From the NCBI GenBank assembly GCA_963823445.1, contig CAWGLT010000016.1, positions 11,743-75,742 of the forward strand: 64,000 bases of DNA, read 5' to 3'. The position numbers were made by a program, and so were the translations under genes. Numbering within the stretch: position 1 is the first letter of the stretch; each line of letters opens with the position of its first letter. Of this stretch, positions 22,710-34,045 are shown piece after piece. The DNA is from an uncultured Acidobacteriota bacterium (GTDB taxonomy: Bacteria > Acidobacteriota > Thermoanaerobaculia > Thermoanaerobaculales > Sulfomarinibacteraceae). The notes under the pieces were generated by a model that had not been told where the DNA came from, made no database searches, and saw nothing but the letters and a program-made list of their open reading frames with translations.

Positions 22710-25283
22710 ATGCCTCACGACAGCTACGATCCGCACACCATCGAGCCCAAGTGGCAGGAGATCTGGGACGAACGACGGGCTTTCAAAACGGCCTCCGACC
22801 CGGCCGAGCTCGCCGCCAAACCGAAGTTCTACGTCCTCGACATGTTCCCCTACCCCTCCGGCGCCGGTCTCCACGTCGGTCACCCCGAGGGCTACACGGC
22901 CACCGATGTCGTCGCCCGGATGAAGCGGATGCAGGGCTTCAACGTCCTCCACCCCATGGGCTGGGACGCCTTCGGCCTCCCCGCCGAACGCGCCGCAGTT
23001 CGCGAAGGCCTCCACCCCGCCGACATCACGAAACGCAACATCGACACCTTCCGCCGCCAGATCAGACGCCTCGGCTTCAGCTATGACTGGGACCGGGAGA
23101 TCTCGACCGCCAGCGCCGACTACTACCGCTGGACGCAGTGGATCTTCCTCCAGCTCTACAACAAGGACCTCGCCTACATGGCCGACGTCCCGGTCAACTG
23201 GTGCCCGGCGCTCGGCACCGTCCTCGCCAACGAGGAGGTCAAGGACGGCCGCTATGTCGAGACCGGCGATCCCGTCGAGCGCCGGCTCATGCGCCAGTGG
23301 ATGCTCAAGATCACCGAGTACGCCGAACGGCTCCTCGACGACCTCGAGGGTCTCGACTGGCCGGAATCGGTCAAGGAGATGCAGCGCAACTGGATCGGCA
23401 AGAGCCGCGGCGCCGATGTGGTCTTCAAGATCGCCGACAGCGACCGCGACTTCACCGTCTTCACCACCCGGCCCGACACCCTTTTCGGCGCCACCTACTG
23501 CGTCTTCTCACCCGAGCACCCGCTCGTCGCCGAGATCACCACCGACAAGCAGCGCCCGGCGGTCGAGGCCTACATCAAGGAAGCGGCGCAGAAGTCCGAT
23601 CTCGACCGCACCGATCTCGCGAAATCGAAGACCGGGGTCTTCACCGGCGCCCACGCCATCAACCCGGTCAACGGTGAGCGCGTCCCGATCTGGGTCGCCG
23701 ACTACGTCCTCATGGGCTACGGCACCGGCGCCATCATGGCGGTTCCCGGCCACGACGAGCGCGACCACGAGTTCGCTCGCGAGTTCGACCTCCCCATCGT
23801 GGAAGTGGTCTCGGGCAGCGACCGGCCCATCGAAGAAGCGGCGTTCACCGACAACACCGACGGGGTAATGGTGAATTCGACCGGTCCGAGCGGCTTGAGC
23901 CTCGACGGGCTCAAGGTTCCCGACGCCATCGCGAAGATCACCGCCTGGTTGGAAGAGCGCGGACTCGGCACCGGGCGGATCCAGTACCGTCTCCGGGACT
24001 GGCTCTTCTCGCGCCAGCGCTACTGGGGCGAGCCCTTCCCCATCGTCCACACCGACTCGGGCGAGGTCGTGGCCCTCGATGAGAGCTGGCTCCCCGTCGG
24101 TCTTCCCGCCATCGACGAGTACCGCCCCACCGAGGACGGACGGCCGCCGCTCGCCCGCGCCGGCGACGACTGGCTCAGGGTCGAGCTCCCCGATGGCCGG
24201 ATGGCCACCCGCGAGACCAACACCATGCCGCAATGGGCCGGCAGCTGCTGGTACTACCTGCGCTTCATCGATCCGCACAACGAATCCGAACCCTGGTCGA
24301 AGCAGCTCGAGAACTACTGGATGCCCATCGACCTCTATGTCGGCGGGGTCGAGCACGCGGTTCTCCATCTTCTCTATGCCCGCTTCTGGCACAAGGTGCT
24401 CTACGACTGCGGCTGGGTCTCCACCAAGGAGCCTTTCCAGAAGCTCTTCAACCAGGGGATGATCCTCGCCTACTCCTACCGCGACTCGGGCGGGAAATAC
24501 TATCTGCCCTCCGCCGTCGAGGTTCGGGAGGACGGGACCGCCGTGCTCAAGACCACCGGCGAGGACCTCGAGAGCCAGATCGAGAAGATGTCCAAGTCCA
24601 AGCTCAACGTCGTCAACCCCGACGACGTCGTCGCCGAGTACGGCGCGGACTCGATGCGGCTCTACGAGCTCTTCATGGGCCCCCTCGAGGTCCAGAAACC
24701 GTGGCAGATGAAGGGCGTCGAGGGCGTCTACCGCTTTCTCCAACGGACCTGGCGGCTGGTGGTGGACGAGAAGACCGGCGAGCTCAACCCGCGGCTGACC
24801 GCCGCGCCCTCGAGCTCCGAAGCCGAGCTCGAACGCACCCTGCACAAGACCATCAAGAAGGTCACGAGCGACACCGAAACCCTCCAGATGAACACCGGCA
24901 TCGCGCAGATGATGATCTTCGTCAACGAGGCCACCACCGCCGAGACGCTCCCGCGGGACACGGTCAAGGCGTTCCTCCGGCTGCTCTCGCCCTATGCGCC
25001 GCACCTCTCGGAAGAGCTGTGGCGGCGCCTCGGCGAGCCCGACCTCATCGCCCACGCCGAGTGGCCGGGCTACGACGAGGCGCTCTGCATCGACGACACC
25101 ATCACCGTGGTCATCCAGATCAACGGCAAGCGACGCGACGAGCTGCAGGTGCCCAAGGACACGCCGAAGGACGAGCTCGAACGGCTCGCCCTCGCCTCCG
25201 ACCGCACCGTGAAGTACATGGAAGGCAAGCCCGCCAAGAAGGTCGTCGTGGTGCCCGGAAGGCTCGTCAACATCGTCGTGTAG
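22710..25283 (+). CDS. leuS: Leucine--tRNA ligase
   Basis: [14 protein letters not shown] (HIGH-like), FTTRPDT editing motif, SRQRYWG and KMSKS. Confidence 0.98.
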   Translation: MPHDSYDPHTIEPKWQEIWDERRAFKTASDPAELAAKPKFYVLDMFPYPSGAGLHVGHPEGYTATDVVARMKRMQGFNVLHPMGWDAFGLPAERAAVREGLHPADITKRNIDTFRRQIRRLGFSYDWDREISTASADYYRWTQWIFLQLYNKDLAYMADVPVNWCPALGTVLANEEVKDGRYVETGDPVERRLMRQWMLKITEYAERLLDDLEGLDWPESVKEMQRNWIGKSRGADVVFKIADSDRDFTVFTTRPDTLFGATYCVFSPEHPLVAEITTDKQRPAVEAYIKEAAQKSDLDRTDLAKSKTGVFTGAHAINPVNGERVPIWVADYVLMGYGTGAIMAVPGHDERDHEFAREFDLPIVEVVSGSDRPIEEAAFTDNTDGVMVNSTGPSGLSLDGLKVPDAIAKITAWLEERGLGTGRIQYRLRDWLFSRQRYWGEPFPIVHTDSGEVVALDESWLPVGLPAIDEYRPTEDGRPPLARAGDDWLRVELPDGRMATRETNTMPQWAGSCWYYLRFIDPHNESEPWSKQLENYWMPIDLYVGGVEHAVLHLLYARFWHKVLYDCGWVSTKEPFQKLFNQGMILAYSYRDSGGKYYLPSAVEVREDGTAVLKTTGEDLESQIEKMSKSKLNVVNPDDVVAEYGADSMRLYELFMGPLEVQKPWQMKGVEGVYRFLQRTWRLVVDEKTGELNPRLTAAPSSSEAELERTLHKTIKKVTSDTETLQMNTGIAQMMIFVNEATTAETLPRDTVKAFLRLLSPYAPHLSEELWRRLGEPDLIAHAEWPGYDEALCIDDTITVVIQINGKRRDELQVPKDTPKDELERLALASDRTVKYMEGKPAKKVVVVPGRLVNIVV

Positions 25284-25318
25284 ACCGCCTCGAGGCCCCG
25301 AAGACAACCCGCCCCATC

Positions 25319-25694
25319 GGGGTGCCGGGTTCGGCATTGTGCCGGATCGACCACCCGGCACGCGGTGCGCTGCGCACAATGCCGTACCGGGCTCGGTGCC
25401 TGGCTCTCTTTTCGCCGCGAAAAGGTGCCTGGCACCGCTCCCATCGCGTTTCTACAGGCTCTTGCAGGCCGCCGGCGTCCCATCGGCGGGGTCGCAGCAC
25501 TTCCACACCACCCGCGCGACCACGCCGATGGTGCGACGCTGGACCGCCGAAGGCGGACCGGAAGGCCGGGGCCGTGAGAACCGGGAACAGTGGCAGCTGC
25601 CGGGGCAGCGGCAGCGTCCGGAACAGCGACAGCTGCCGGGGCAGCGTCCGGAGCAGCGACAGCGGCAGCGACAGCGGCAGCGACAGCGGCAGCG
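25319..25694. repeat. Composite intergenic repeat (two hairpin modules plus GCAGCG/ACAGCG hexamer run), copy 1
   Basis: GGTTCGGCATTGTGC...GCACAATGCCGTACC and CCATCGGC..GGTCGC...GCGACCACGCCGATGG hairpins recur in the same order at 27716..28035. Confidence 0.75.
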
Positions 25695-25830
25695 TGAGGC
25701 TGCCCCGGTTTGGTGGACACCATGATGGCTGTCGCCGTCGTAGAGTCTGTGGAGGCTGTGGGAAAAGGGGCAGGGGCCCCGTTTTCCACAACTCCACAGA
25801 CCGTCGGCCAAGGCCCGAAAGGAGAGGATC

Positions 25831-26136
25831 ATGCCTCGGACGCGTCGACCATATCCGGCCGAGTTTCGGAATCAGATCGTTGAGATGGTGCGCGCTGGTC
25901 GCAAACCAGTGGATCTCGCCAAGGAGTTTGAGCCATCGTTAGGCTCGATCAGAGCCTGGGTCCGGCAGGCTGATCTTGACGAAGGCATTCGAGAGGACGG
26001 TTTGACGACCGAAGAACGTGAGGAGCTTCGGAGGCTCCGTCACGAGAATCGTGAACTCAAGAAAGACCGTGAGATCTTGGTAAAAGCGGCGGCCTGGTTC
26101 GCTCGGGAGACCGGCTCGGAGCATACGAGTTCGTGA
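25831..26136 (+). CDS. IS3 transposase OrfA (HTH plus leucine zipper)
   Basis: YPAEFRNQIVEMV...EREELRRLRHENRELK. Candidate -1 slip site A-AAA-G at 26082-26086; the -1 frame is open into orfB. Confidence 0.93.
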   Translation: MPRTRRPYPAEFRNQIVEMVRAGRKPVDLAKEFEPSLGSIRAWVRQADLDEGIREDGLTTEEREELRRLRHENRELKKDREILVKAAAWFARETGSEHTSS

Positions 26137-27014
26137 AGACAAATCAGGCCTTTGAAACCGCCAGGATGTGCCGGCTGCTGGGTGTCTCCACTAGCGGGTA
26201 CTATGCCTGGGGAAACCGGAAGCCGTCGAAAAGAACCGTGGAAGATACGGCGCTGACCGAGACGATCTCAGAGATCCACGTGTGGTCCAGAGGCACATAT
26301 GGCTCGCCACGAATCCATGCCGAGCTTGCTGATTGTGGCGTGAGAGTCGGACGCAAGAGAGTCGCCAGACTGATGCGTCGTGCGGAAATCCAGGGCGTGA
26401 CCCGTCGGAAGAAGATATTCACTACCAGGAGAGACTCGACCTCGAGGCCGGCGCCTGATCTTGTGGATCGGAATTTCACCACCAAGGGCCCCGACCGGCT
26501 CTGGCTCTCCGACATCACCTACGTGCCGACCGACGTCGGACCCATCTACCTCGCGGTCGTCCTCGATGCGTGGAGCCGACGGGTGATCGGATGGTGCATG
26601 GAAAACCACCTCCGGACCGAGCTCGTGCTCTCAGCTCTCAATATGGCTCTCGAGCAGCGAAGACCATCAAACGTCATCCACCACTCCGACCAGGGATGCC
26701 AATACACATCGATCGCTTTCGGAAAGCGCTGCCTCGAAGAAGGAGTTCGACCGTCCATGGGCTCGGTCGGAGATTGCTACGACAACGCCATGTGCGAGAG
26801 CTTTTTCGCCACCCTTGAGTGCGAACTCCTCGATCGGACCAGATTCGACTCTCACTCAACCGCACGCCGCGAAATCTTCAGCTTCATCGAAGGCTGGTAC
26901 AACCCTCATCGCAGACACTCCAGCCTCGGATATCTCTCACCCGTGAACTTCGAAAGGAGACATCTCTTCATCCGTAGGAGTAATAGCGTTAACCTGTCCA
27001 CAAAAGCGGGGTAA
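26133..27014 (+). CDS. IS3 transposase OrfB (DDE/rve domain)
   Basis: WLSDITY, HHSDQGCQY, DNAMCESFF and YNPHRRHSSLGY; GTGA overlap with the orfA stop. Confidence 0.95.
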   Translation: MKTNQAFETARMCRLLGVSTSGYYAWGNRKPSKRTVEDTALTETISEIHVWSRGTYGSPRIHAELADCGVRVGRKRVARLMRRAEIQGVTRRKKIFTTRRDSTSRPAPDLVDRNFTTKGPDRLWLSDITYVPTDVGPIYLAVVLDAWSRRVIGWCMENHLRTELVLSALNMALEQRRPSNVIHHSDQGCQYTSIAFGKRCLEEGVRPSMGSVGDCYDNAMCESFFATLECELLDRTRFDSHSTARREIFSFIEGWYNPHRRHSSLGYLSPVNFERRHLFIRRSNSVNLSTKAG

Positions 27015-27017
27015 CTT

Positions 27018-27674
<657 letters not shown>

Positions 27675-27715
27675 CGGCAGATTCCGCCCCGGTCGGAGGG
27701 AAAGAAGCCTCCCTC

Positions 27716-28035
27716 GGGGTGCCAGGTTCGGCATTGTGCCGGAACAACGCACCGGCGCCTCATCACGCTGCGCACAATGCCGTACCTGGCTCCCTCGGAG
27801 AGCGCCTCGAGGTCAGTTCTCCCGGCAACGAGGCAGGCCGTCGGCGTGCCATCGGCGTGGTCGCAGCCCTCCCCGCTTCCCCCGCGCGACCACGCCGATG
27901 GTGCGACGCTGGACCGCTGGGACGCCAAAGCGTCCCAGCGGTTCAGAAGGCCGGCGACGAGGGCAGGTCCCGGGGCAGCGTCAGGAACAGCGGCAGGATT
28001 CAGCGACAGAGACAGCGTCCGGGGCAGCGACAGAA
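27716..28035. repeat. Composite intergenic repeat, copy 2 (diverged direct repeat of 25319..25694)
   Basis: Same two hairpin modules followed by a CCGGGGCAGCGTC..GAACAGCG tract. Confidence 0.75.
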
Positions 28036-28082
28036 GCCGAGGCCGATGAACGCGCTCATATCGTCATCCGCCACGGCCGTCG

Positions 28083-29480
28083 TCACTTCGAGGGCAGCCT
28101 CACCGTGACCACCAACCCACCCTCGGGGTGATTCGCCGCGCCGATCTCACCGCCGTGCGCGCGCACCGCCCGCGCGGCGATGGCGAGGCCGAGCCCGGCC
28201 CCGCCCGACGAGCGATCGCGCGCCTCGTCGACGCGGTAGAAGGGCTCGAAGATCCGTTCGAGCTCGTCGCCGCCGACCCCGGGACCGTGATCGCGAACCG
28301 TCACCCGGACGCCGTCCTCTTCGCGGTTGAGGTCGACCTCGACCGCCGATCCGGGCTTTGTGTGGTGCACGGCGTTGCGGAGGACGTTGTCGAAGGCGCT
28401 GCGCAGCAGCATCGGCCGGCCGGAGATCCGGCAGCCGTCGCCCGCCTCGAATCGGACCTCGGTCCCCGCGCCGGCGCCTTCGAATCCCGCGTCGCCGACG
28501 ACCTCGGCGAGCAATGCCGCCAAATCGAGCTCGTGAGCGTCGTCTCCGGTGTTGCCGGCCTCGAGCCGCGCCAGGAGCAGCAGCTGCCCGATGAGGTCAT
28601 CGAGCCTGCCGGCCTCGCGCCCGATCCGGTCGAGGGGTCCGGCGGCGGCCTCACCGGCGCGGGACCGCGCCAGCTCGAGAGCCACGACGAGTCGCGCGAG
28701 AGGCGACCGCAGCTCGTGTGAGACGTCGCGCAGCAACCGCTGCTGGGATTCCACGAGACCTTCGATGCGCTCGGCCATGGCGTCGAAGTCGCGCGCGAGC
28801 TCGCCGATCTCGTCCCTCCTTCCGGTGACCCTGCCCTCGACTCTCGCGGTGAGGTCGCCGTCGCTCAGCGCGCGGGTCGCGCGCCGAAGCGGCGCAACCG
28901 GCGAGCTGAGGTACCGGGCGAGCCAGAAGCTCAGGCCGCCGACCACCAAAAAGAGCACGCCCAGGCGCCAGGACAACGCTTTCGGATCGAGCAGGTTGAC
29001 CAGCCGTGGAGGGCTCTGGTGGGCCGCCACCACGGCGAGGCTGCGGCCGTCGGGGTCCACCACCGGACGAGCCACGAGATAGAGCATCCCCGCTCGCTCG
29101 GAGATCTCCTCGCCCGCCGACCGCACCCGATCGGCGATGTCGACGACCTCCGGCGGCGTCTCGGCGCCCTTGAGCTCTCGACCCGTCTCGTCGAGGATGA
29201 AGACCCTGGCGGGCGTCATCCGCCGTCCGGCTCCGCTCCCCGATCCATGCCCGGGTCCGCGCCCGCGCCCGGGCGGCATGCCGTCGACACCCACGGCCTC
29301 GATGTGTCCGGCGGCGCGGTCGACCGATGACCGGACCCAGCTCTCGGCGTCCCGGTGCCAGTCGTCGAGCCCCGGCCGCGAGCGGGTGAACAGCGGCGAG
29401 GTGACGACGAGCACCACCACGACGACCGCCATGGCGAGCCAGAACCAGAGGAAGATCCGGAGAAACAGGCTCCGCATCAT
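28083..29480 (-). CDS. cpxA: Sensor histidine kinase, CpxA-like (2 TM, HAMP, HisKA, HATPase)
   Basis: MRSLFLRIFLWFW, DEIGELARDFD, DVSHELRSPL, NVLRNA, DHGPG and GGAGLGLAI. Confidence 0.85.
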   Translation of the reverse strand: MMRSLFLRIFLWFWLAMAVVVVVLVVTSPLFTRSRPGLDDWHRDAESWVRSSVDRAAGHIEAVGVDGMPPGRGRGPGHGSGSGAGRRMTPARVFILDETGRELKGAETPPEVVDIADRVRSAGEEISERAGMLYLVARPVVDPDGRSLAVVAAHQSPPRLVNLLDPKALSWRLGVLFLVVGGLSFWLARYLSSPVAPLRRATRALSDGDLTARVEGRVTGRRDEIGELARDFDAMAERIEGLVESQQRLLRDVSHELRSPLARLVVALELARSRAGEAAAGPLDRIGREAGRLDDLIGQLLLLARLEAGNTGDDAHELDLAALLAEVVGDAGFEGAGAGTEVRFEAGDGCRISGRPMLLRSAFDNVLRNAVHHTKPGSAVEVDLNREEDGVRVTVRDHGPGVGGDELERIFEPFYRVDEARDRSSGGAGLGLAIAARAVRAHGGEIGAANHPEGGLVVTVRLPSK

Positions 29481-30169
29481 CGCCTCCCGCCCGGGCGTGA
29501 ATACTGATACCCGACGCCGCGGACGGTCTTGATCCTCTCGCCGCCGCCCGGGGCCGGCCCGAGCTTGCGGCGGAGGTTGGAGATGTGAACATCGAGGGAA
29601 CGATCGAAGGCGTTGGTGCGGCGGAAGAGCGCCGCCTGCGACAGCTCGTCGCGGCTGACGACGCTTCCCGCCGACCGCACGAGGACCTCGAGGATCGAGA
29701 ACTCGACACCGGTCAGGGCGATCTCAATCCCGGCGACGGTGACGCTCCGCGTCCCGAGATCGACGACGACATCGTCGACGCCGATCCGGTCGCCGATCTC
29801 GGGCTCCGCCGAGGCGCGGCGGAGAATCGCCCGCATCCGCGCCGCCAGCTCGCGGGGGTTGAACGGTTTCGCCAGATAGTCGTCGGCGCCCATCTCGAGC
29901 CCGACGATGCGATCGACATCCTCGCCCTTCGCCGTGAGCATGAGCACCGGCACCGCCGAGGTCTCGCGGAGCCCGCGCAGGACCTCGAACCCGGTGAGGC
30001 CGGGAAGCATCACGTCGAGGATGACCAGGGCGTACCCTCCTTCGAGCGCCTGTCGGAGCCCGTCTTTGCCGTTGTGGACCGCACTCACGGCGAACCCCTC
30101 ACCGGCGAGATACTCGGAGACGAGCTCCGCGAGCTCGACATCGTCATCGATGAGCAGGACTTCGTTCAT
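29477..30169 (-). CDS. cpxR: OmpR-family response regulator, CpxR-like
   Basis: LLIDDD, LDVMLP, GADDYLAKPF, DRSLDVHISNLRRKL and IKTVRGVGY; coupled to the kinase and divergent from a CpxP-like gene. Confidence 0.88.
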   Translation of the reverse strand: MNEVLLIDDDVELAELVSEYLAGEGFAVSAVHNGKDGLRQALEGGYALVILDVMLPGLTGFEVLRGLRETSAVPVLMLTAKGEDVDRIVGLEMGADDYLAKPFNPRELAARMRAILRRASAEPEIGDRIGVDDVVVDLGTRSVTVAGIEIALTGVEFSILEVLVRSAGSVVSRDELSQAALFRRTNAFDRSLDVHISNLRRKLGPAPGGGERIKTVRGVGYQYSRPGGRR

Positions 30170-30210
30170 GCACCGATGCTAACCCACGTCGCCGAGATCG
30201 GCGTATCTCG

Positions 30211-30232
30211 TTGACATTTCTTAAGCTTTCAC
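30211..30232. promoter_or_regulatory. Possible CpxR-type direct-repeat site / -35 box in the divergent promoter
   Basis: TTGAC-ATTTC-TTAAG loosely resembles TTTAC-N5-TTTAC; TTGACA is present. Confidence 0.3.
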
Positions 30233-30371
30233 CACGCTTCCTAAGGCAAGACCGGTCAACAATGAAGGTGGCGGTGGCGTACATTCCGCACCAGGACAAC
30301 GCCGCACCCGCGGCCCCGTCCAGAACCGAACGAACGCCGCTCCAACGGCAGAAACAGCAAGGAGGCACGAC

Positions 30372-30932
30372 ATGAAAGCACGAACCCTCATCCTCACCAT
30401 CGCGACCGCGGCATTGATCGCCGCGCCCGCAGCTCTCATCGCCCAGCAGGGACCGGGCGGCCCGGGCACCGGGACCTGCGACGGCACCGGACCGCACGGA
30501 GGCGGCATGGGACCGCAGGGAGCCGGCATGGGCGGCCCCCACGACTTCGGCGGCCCGGGTCTGCTGCGGATCTTCAACCGCGTCGCGGAGAGACTCGAGC
30601 TCACCGCGGACCAGCAGACGCAGATCGAGGCCATCATCGAGGCCCACCGCACCGCGACCCAGGGCCTGCGCGATCAGTCCGCCGCAGCCCGCGCCGATTT
30701 CCGCGAGAATCACGGCCCCGGTGACTTCGACGAGGTCGAGTACCGCACCTTCTTCGAGGCCCAGGCCGAGATCCAGGTCGCACTCCACCTCGACGGGGCC
30801 CGCGCCACCGCCGCGGCCTGGAACATCCTCACCCCCGACCAGCAGCAGGAGCTCCTCGAGATCCTCGAGCTCTTCCGCGACGGCCGCGGCGGCCCGCGCC
30901 ACGGCGGCGGCAAGCGCGTCGGTCAGAACTAG
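30372..30932 (+). CDS. Spy/CpxP family periplasmic chaperone
   Basis: Signal peptide, Gly/Met/His-rich linker and two LTxxQ motifs (LELTADQQ, ILTPDQQ); AAGGAGG RBS. Confidence 0.9.
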   Translation: MKARTLILTIATAALIAAPAALIAQQGPGGPGTGTCDGTGPHGGGMGPQGAGMGGPHDFGGPGLLRIFNRVAERLELTADQQTQIEAIIEAHRTATQGLRDQSAAARADFRENHGPGDFDEVEYRTFFEAQAEIQVALHLDGARATAAAWNILTPDQQQELLEILELFRDGRGGPRHGGGKRVGQN

Positions 30933-30948
30933 CCCGCTCTGCAACCAC

Positions 30949-30975
30949 GGCGGCCCCTTCCCGGGGCCGCCTTTT
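30949..30975 (+). terminator. Rho-independent terminator
   Basis: GGCGGCCCC-TTCCC-GGGGCCGCC-TTTT immediately after the stop codon. Confidence 0.75.
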
Positions 30976-30981
30976 CGTGGT

Positions 30982-31135
30982 CTCGAGGTCTTGAGGTTCT
31001 GGGGTCTTGAGGTCCTGGGGTCCTGAGGTCCTGAGGTCTGCGCTGAGGCTGTCGCTGCCACTGTCGCTGCCGCTGTCGCTGCCGCTGTCCAGTCGCTGCC
31101 GCTGTCCCAGACGCAGTCGCTGCCGCTGTCGCCGT
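30982..31135. repeat. Octamer (GAGGTCCT-like) then hexamer (GCTGTC/GCTGCC) simple repeats
   Basis: Direct read; the hexamer tract is the reverse complement of the one at 25600-25694. Confidence 0.8.
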
Positions 31136-31237
31136 CCCGGACCCGCCACTGGTGACGGAGGCGCCGACCTCAACATCGACATGACCGACGAGGGCCGGCG
31201 CCAACGGCTCGCGACGCGCCCCCCCGGCGGGTCGGTT

Positions 31238-31262
31238 GCGGGGTCTGAAGACCCCGCCTACA
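31238..31262 (-). repeat. Single GTAG-type REP palindrome of a different class
   Basis: Minus strand reads TGTAGGCGGGGTCTTCAGACCCCGC. Confidence 0.65.
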
Positions 31263-31428
31263 GTTCTGAAGCCCCGAGAGCGGTGAGGTCGAAGGGGGAA
31301 GGAGTGAGCGGCAAATACGATGAAGCTCCTCACTTCCCGGAAAGGTCGGTTGACTCTGTTCAGCCGTCCGTTGGGCCCGCTTCGGCACCATCCCGGAGAG
31401 GCAATGTCATTCAGGTCCGAATCGCTCC

Positions 31429-31477
31429 CCACTCACTCCTCACTCCTCACTCCTCACTCCTAACCCCTAACTCCTCA
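31429..31477 (+). repeat. Heptamer (CACTCCT)n repeat
   Basis: CACTCACTCCTCACTCCTCACTCCTCACTCCTAACCCCTAACTCCTCA. Confidence 0.8.
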
Positions 31478-31664
31478 TCGACAGCGATCGCGGCCATCCG
31501 ACCGGCCGGGACCCGGACCCTGGGCAATCGTTAGATGCTCTCGCACCTGAAAAGGTGTAAACATATGGTAAATCTCATAATAATGAAACACTTGCGCCGC
31601 CCTTCCGTAGAAGCTCGGAAAGGAGGCGCCGGTGGGTGCTCACAACGATCGACGGGGTTCGAGG

Positions 31665-33867
31665 ATGTCCCGGGGAATCCGCCTTTTCGGGGCGGTCTTT
31701 CTCTTCGCTTCGTCGATCGGCGCGGTGGAACCGGCTCTCCGGATCCCACGGATCGAGGAGCGCATCTCGGTCGATGGCGTCCTCGACGAGGCGGCTTGGG
31801 GCGCGGCCTGGTCCATGACCCTCGACTACGAGGTCGACCCCGGTGAGAACACCCCCCCGCAGGCGGCAACCGAGGTCTTTGTCTACCACGACGCCAATCG
31901 GCTCTATGTCGGATTTCGCGTCGACGATCCCGAGGCCGGGGCCATCCGCGCCCATCTCGCCGACCGCGACAACTTCGGTCCCGACGACGCCGTCGGGATC
32001 GTGCTCGACACCTTCAACGACGAGCGCCGCAACTATCTCTTCATGGTCAACCCCATGGGGGTCCAGTTCGACGTCATCGAGACCATGGACGGGCACACGC
32101 CCTGGGACGGCATCTGGGCGTCGGCGGCCGCCATCACGGATGACGGCTGGACGGCCGAGCTCGAGATCCCCTTCTCGACCCTGAGATTCCAACGCAGCGA
32201 GACCGCCCAGACCTGGGGGTTCGACGCGGTCCGGATGTACCCGCGCAACCTCTCACACCAGATGGGGTCGTTCGCGCGAGACCGCAGCAACAACTGCTAT
32301 CTCTGCCAGGCGCACAAGATCGAGGGCTTCGCCGGGGTCTCGCCGGGGAAGAACCTCGAGATCGTCCCCACCCTCACCGCCTCGCGCACCGACACCCGCG
32401 ACGAGCTTCCCGACGGCGCCATGGAAGGCGGCGATCCCGAGGTCGAGCTCGGCGCCACCGTGCGCTGGGGCTTCACCCCGAATCTCACCCTGAGCGCCGC
32501 CCTCAACCCGGACTTCTCGCAGGTCGAGGCCGACGCGCTCCAGCTCCGGGTCAATCGCCCCTTCGCCATCTTCTTCCCCGAGCTCCGGCCGTTTTTCATG
32601 GAGGGCGCCGACTTCTTCGCGACGACCTTCGACGCGGTCTACACCAGGATGATGCGGGACCCGGCGTGGGGCCTCAAGCTCACCGGCAAGGAGGGCGACC
32701 ACACCGTCGGGGCCTATGTCGTCAAGGACGACGTCACCAATCTCATCATCCCCGGAAGCGAGAGCTCGGCGTTCACCTCCCTCGATCAGGGCAACACTTC
32801 GACGGTGCTGCGATACCGCTACGACGTGAACCGCCACTTCACCATCGGCGGCTCTCGGCACCAGCCGCGACGGCACGGGCTATCGCAACCGGGTCGCCGG
32901 CATCGACGCCGACATCCGCCTGACGCCCCGCGATCGGATCGTCGCCCAGATCCTCGCCTCGAAGACCCGCTACCCGGATGAGGTCGTCGCGGACTTCGAG
33001 CAGCCGGAAGGAGAGATCGACGACCTCGCCGGCGAGGTGATCTATGTCCACGACACCCGGACCTGGGAGTGGTGGGCGGCCTACTCCGAAGCCGGCGCCG
33101 ACTTCCGCGCCGATCTCGGTTTCATGCCCCAGGTCGACTACCGGCACACCGAGGTCGGCGGCGGCTACAACTGGAACGCCACCGAGACGAGCTGGTACTC
33201 GCGGCTCCAGCTCCTCGGCAAGGTCGCCCACACCGTCGACCAGAGCGGGTTTCTCCTCTTCCACGAGGACGTGGTTCAGTTCACCCTCGAAGGGCCGCTG
33301 CAATCGCACTCGGTGATCCGACCGAGCCGGGTCCGCGAGGGTTACAACGGACAGATCTTCGACTTCAACCGGGTCCGCCTCCACCTCTGCGGCAAACTCA
33401 ACGGCCACAGCCAGCTCTGGTTCAACCTCGAAGGCGGCGGCAAGGTCGACTACGACAACACCCGGCCGGGGGATTTCTTCAACTTCGACGGCGGCTTCTG
33501 GTACCGCCTCGGCAGCCACTTCTTCATCGAGCCCAAGTACACCAGAGAGAGGATGGAGGTGGACGAGGGCTGGCTCTACACCACCGCCATCGGCCAGCTC
33601 CAGGCCTCGTGGCAGTTCAACCCCAGGTGCTTCATCCGGGCGATCATCCAGTACGTCGACAACGAGTTCAATCCCGAGCTCTACAGCGACGGACGCGATC
33701 CGGAGGACCGCGGGCTCTTCACCCAGTTCCTCTTCTCCTACAAGCTCAACCCGCGCACCGTGCTCTTCGTCGGCTACTCGGACAACTCGGCCGCCAACCA
33801 GGACTACGGCTTCACCAAGACCGACCGGACGATCTTCGCCAAGGTGGGTTACGCCTGGGTGCTCTGA
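31665..33867 (+). CDS. CBM9-like sugar-binding domain plus DUF5916-type outer-membrane barrel (apparent +1 frameshift near 32853)
   Basis: Signal peptide, VDGVLDEAAW, WTAELEIPFSTLRF, NPDFSQVEAD, FFPELRPFFMEG and C-terminal FAKVGYAWVL. The downstream frame is open from GTSRDGTGYRN. Confidence 0.87.
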
Positions 33868-34045
33868 CAACTCGTCGAAAGCAATTCGTCGGACGAATTG
33901 CGGTGGCGCTCGCCGGGCTCGCGCCAGTAAGGCCATGCGGCCCGCGGTCGCTCCCGCTCCCGCTCCCGATGCGATGGTAGTGGTGCGAGCGCCAGGGCAT
34001 CATCGAGACCTGGCGCGATCCGAAAGGTGTCACTATCCTTGCTCC

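Noticed and set aside
25339-25832. QR- or CR-repeat peptides (QRQRQR, CRCRCR), also at 27393..28131 and 30829..31534
   Set aside because: Translations of hexamer simple repeats, with no RBS or coding-like codon pattern.
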